Shown here piece by piece: positions 61,648-64,000 of a stretch of DNA of 64,000 nucleotides (positions are counted from its first letter, which is position 1; every line of letters starts with the position of its first letter). The stretch comes from Nemertoderma westbladi (Eukaryota > Animalia > Xenacoelomorpha): NCBI GenBank assembly GCA_032718475.1, contig JAUCBJ010003070.1:124001-188000 (forward strand), written 5' to 3'. The notes beneath the pieces were generated by a model. That model was not told the DNA's origin. It saw nothing but the letters and a program-made list of their open reading frames with translations, and made no database searches. A program made the position numbers and the translations under genes.

Positions 61648-62320
61648 AGTCTGTGCCTCAGTGAGGCATAGTCTATGCCTCATTGCCTCAGTGAGGCATA
61701 GTCTGTGCCTCAGTGCCTCAGTGAGACATAGTGTGTGCCTCAGTGAGGCATAGTCTGTGCCTCAGTGAGGCATAGTCTGTGCCTCAGTGAGGCATAGTCT
61801 GTGCCTCAGTGCCTCAGTAAAACATAGTCTGTGCCTCAGTGAGGCATAGTCTGTACCTCAGTGAGGCATAGTCTGTGCCTCAGTGCCTCAGTGAGGCATA
61901 GTCTGTGCCCCAGTGCCTCAGTGAGGCATAGTCTGTGCCTCAGTGCCTCAGTGAGGCATAGTCTGTGCCTCAGTGAGGCATAGTCTGTGCCTCAGTGCCT
62001 CAGTGAGGCATAGCCTGTGCCTCAGTGAGGCAAGTCAGTGCCTCAGTGAGGCATAGTCTGTGCCTCAGTGAGGCATAGTCTGTGCCTCAATGCCTCAGTG
62101 AGGCATAGTCTGTGCCTCAATGCCTCAGTGAGGCATAGTCTGAGCCTCAGTGAGGCATAGTCTGTGCCTCAGTGAGGCATAGTCTGTGCCTCAGATAGGC
62201 ATAGTCTGTGCCTCAGTGCCTCAGTGAGGCATAGTCTGTGCCTCAGTGCCTCAGTGAGGCATAGTCTGTGCCTCAGTGAGGCATAGTCTGCGCCTCAGTG
62301 AGGCATATAGTCTGTGTCTC
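61648..62320. repeat. 22/30-bp palindromic minisatellite, inverted counterpart of 38310-38820
   Basis: (TGCCTCAGTGAGGCATAGTCTG)n. Confidence 0.95.
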
Positions 62321-62887
62321 AGACCTAAAACTCGAGACTTTAGGAGTGTCTCAGGTCTTAAATCAGAGTCTTACAAATTCGAACGTCAACGAACAAATTC
62401 GAACGTTACTGTTCCACCTTGGTGTAGTGGTTGTATTGAATTCACATCTCCCATATGTCATGGGTTCGATCCCCCGCATGGACCAGGGCAGTTTTCGTTC
62501 GGTCAGCAATAGGCCTAACTATACAAAATGGAGTATTATTGCCTAGTAACCAATTTATAGCTACTATATCATAGCAACTTTTCGACAGTTGGACAACACT
62601 ATTGACCATTGCATGTCGGGGCGCTAATCGGTCTGATTAATTAGGATAATCAAATAAACCCTAATTAGGAGTCATAAGACACCTATTAGGGTTTAATTGT
62701 ACTAATTAATTGATGACACCTATCAATTAGGGTCTAATTAGCCTAATTAGGAGGTGTCACCCAGACAGTCTGGCGCCAATGACACCCAATGACACCCATA
62801 GGGTGATAATAGGGTGTCATATGACACGCAATCGGTGTCAGTGTGGTCCAATGTCACAAAGCCGGCCAAACTTCTACTTCTTCCCTT

Positions 62888-63089
62888 AGAAGACCTAAAG
62901 TTGGATGGTGTACTTCAGACGTGCCATACAATGGAGTCCAGCATTGAAGTGGATGGAAAACGTAACTTCCAAGGAACACTACAGTACCAGTCACCATGGT
63001 TCATCAACGAGATAATAATGAAAGCGATGGTGAGTTATGGTGCGATGATAGAGCAGTTAGAGCACTTTCACACTCAAGTTATAAGATAG
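62888..63089 (+). pseudogene. Continuation of the Gypsy-like gag
   Basis: Removing the insertion and one TSD restores ...QEILKTPLEDLKLDGVLQTCHTMESS. Confidence 0.7.
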
Positions 63090-63129
63090 GAAAAAGCGCG
63101 TGGGACACAAGCGTTAAACTTCCTTAGTT

Positions 63130-63430
63130 GATTATTATCAATTGTTGTTAAGTTTCCATCAACATTAAAAGTTATGAATTCGGTCTTGGTAGCATTCATA
63201 TGCAATTCCCTGAGCAGCCCTATCTACTTTATTCAGTAGAAGCTGTGCATCTGCTGCTAGCGTATTAGAGAGGTCATCTGGCTGTTTTCCATACCTCTGA
63301 AGGGATTTCATCTAATCCAATAGCTTTATGATTGGACATGCTTTTAATGCTTCTTTGGGGTTCGACAGGTGTGAAGTCCCCTGTTTCTGTAGGTAGTGTC
63401 TTGTTGAAAACAATTGGTTTTAAATTTACC
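63130..63430 (-). pseudogene. Degenerate RTE-type LINE fragment
   Basis: AAGCTGTGCATC..CTGCTAGCGTATTAGAGA shared with 32899-32928. Confidence 0.5.
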
Positions 63431-64000
63431 ATTGGTCCGACTGCTTAACGTTAACTTAACTATTTAAAAAAATTCTGACCCGGGGCTGTGAACTCGTACA
63501 TAAAGATTAAGAATATTATATTTTTATGGGTTATATGTATGGAAGGGAGGACCAAGAATCTTTTTTTATTGCTCGTAGTAATTAGCAAGTGTCATATATT
63601 TGTATACAGTAGTAAGAGCCTGAATTCAGCTGTCCAGAGCTTTTTCGTGAAGTCATTAAGATCTTAATTCAAGAACCCAAGTCATATACACCTGCAATGA
63701 GATACTTACTGTACAGAGTATATCATACTGTATTTTTTGATTATTTTTTCGTTAATATTTATTTTCTTGATAAATAATATCTATAAATAGAGATAAATAG
63801 ATAGATATATATAGATAGATAAATATATAAATAGAAAGGGTTGGATTGTTCGAAACAGTCACCCATGGGAGTTAGTGCCTTAAAAGTAACTGGATCACTA
63901 GATGAGTTGATAGATAGCCGTCAGGTTTCCTCTGGTGTTTCGTATTTCACACCTTCACTGATAACATTAACTAATGTATGTTATATATAACATACAGTTT

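Larger units (their letters stand above)
36976..62881. mobile_element. Non-autonomous Polinton/Maverick-like TIR element hosting nested insertions
   Basis: Termini AGTAGTAGAGGTTTGGCCGGC / GCCGGCCAAACTTCTACTTCT. 6-bp TSD TCCCTT (36970-36975 / 62882-62887). Inverted arms 36976-37274 vs 62584-62881 and ~38069-39076 vs ~61391-62565. No Polinton genes seen. Confidence 0.7.

Noticed and set aside
62420-62505. Functional tRNA gene (also 38130-38215 and ~61305-61330)
   Set aside because: A/B boxes are present but no convincing cloverleaf. The sequence continues into a SINE-like body.

Overview
AT-rich, repeat-dense eukaryotic (probably invertebrate animal) DNA, almost all of it transposable elements. 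The one convincing host gene is a type II membrane protein with a long mucin-like stalk and a C-terminal fibrinogen domain (4629-7178, minus strand). The main feature is a young, unusually large (18,945 bp) BEL/Pao LTR retrotransposon at 42287-61231 (minus strand; 1345-bp LTRs, ACTAT TSD). In the env position it carries a 1417-aa non-membrane ORF with a WRN/EXD/Mut-7-like DEDDy 3'-5' exonuclease domain, Cys/His knuckles and a basic C-terminus. It has no TGG tRNA primer site. Instead, the 12 nt next to the 5' LTR are complementary to a site inside the LTR, and a related internally deleted copy (17344-27887, AGCAG TSD, chimeric LTRs) shows a compensatory change in the same pairing. This suggests Tf1-like self-priming. 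The large element and a Penelope-like element lie inside a Polinton/Maverick-like TIR shell (36976-62881, TCCCTT TSD), which itself splits a Gypsy-like gag. Also present: piggyBac-like MITEs, a Sola-like remnant, a foldback element carrying a small Pro-rich ORF, and RTE/L2-type LINE and SINE fragments. All family and domain calls come from motif recognition by eye; no searches were run.
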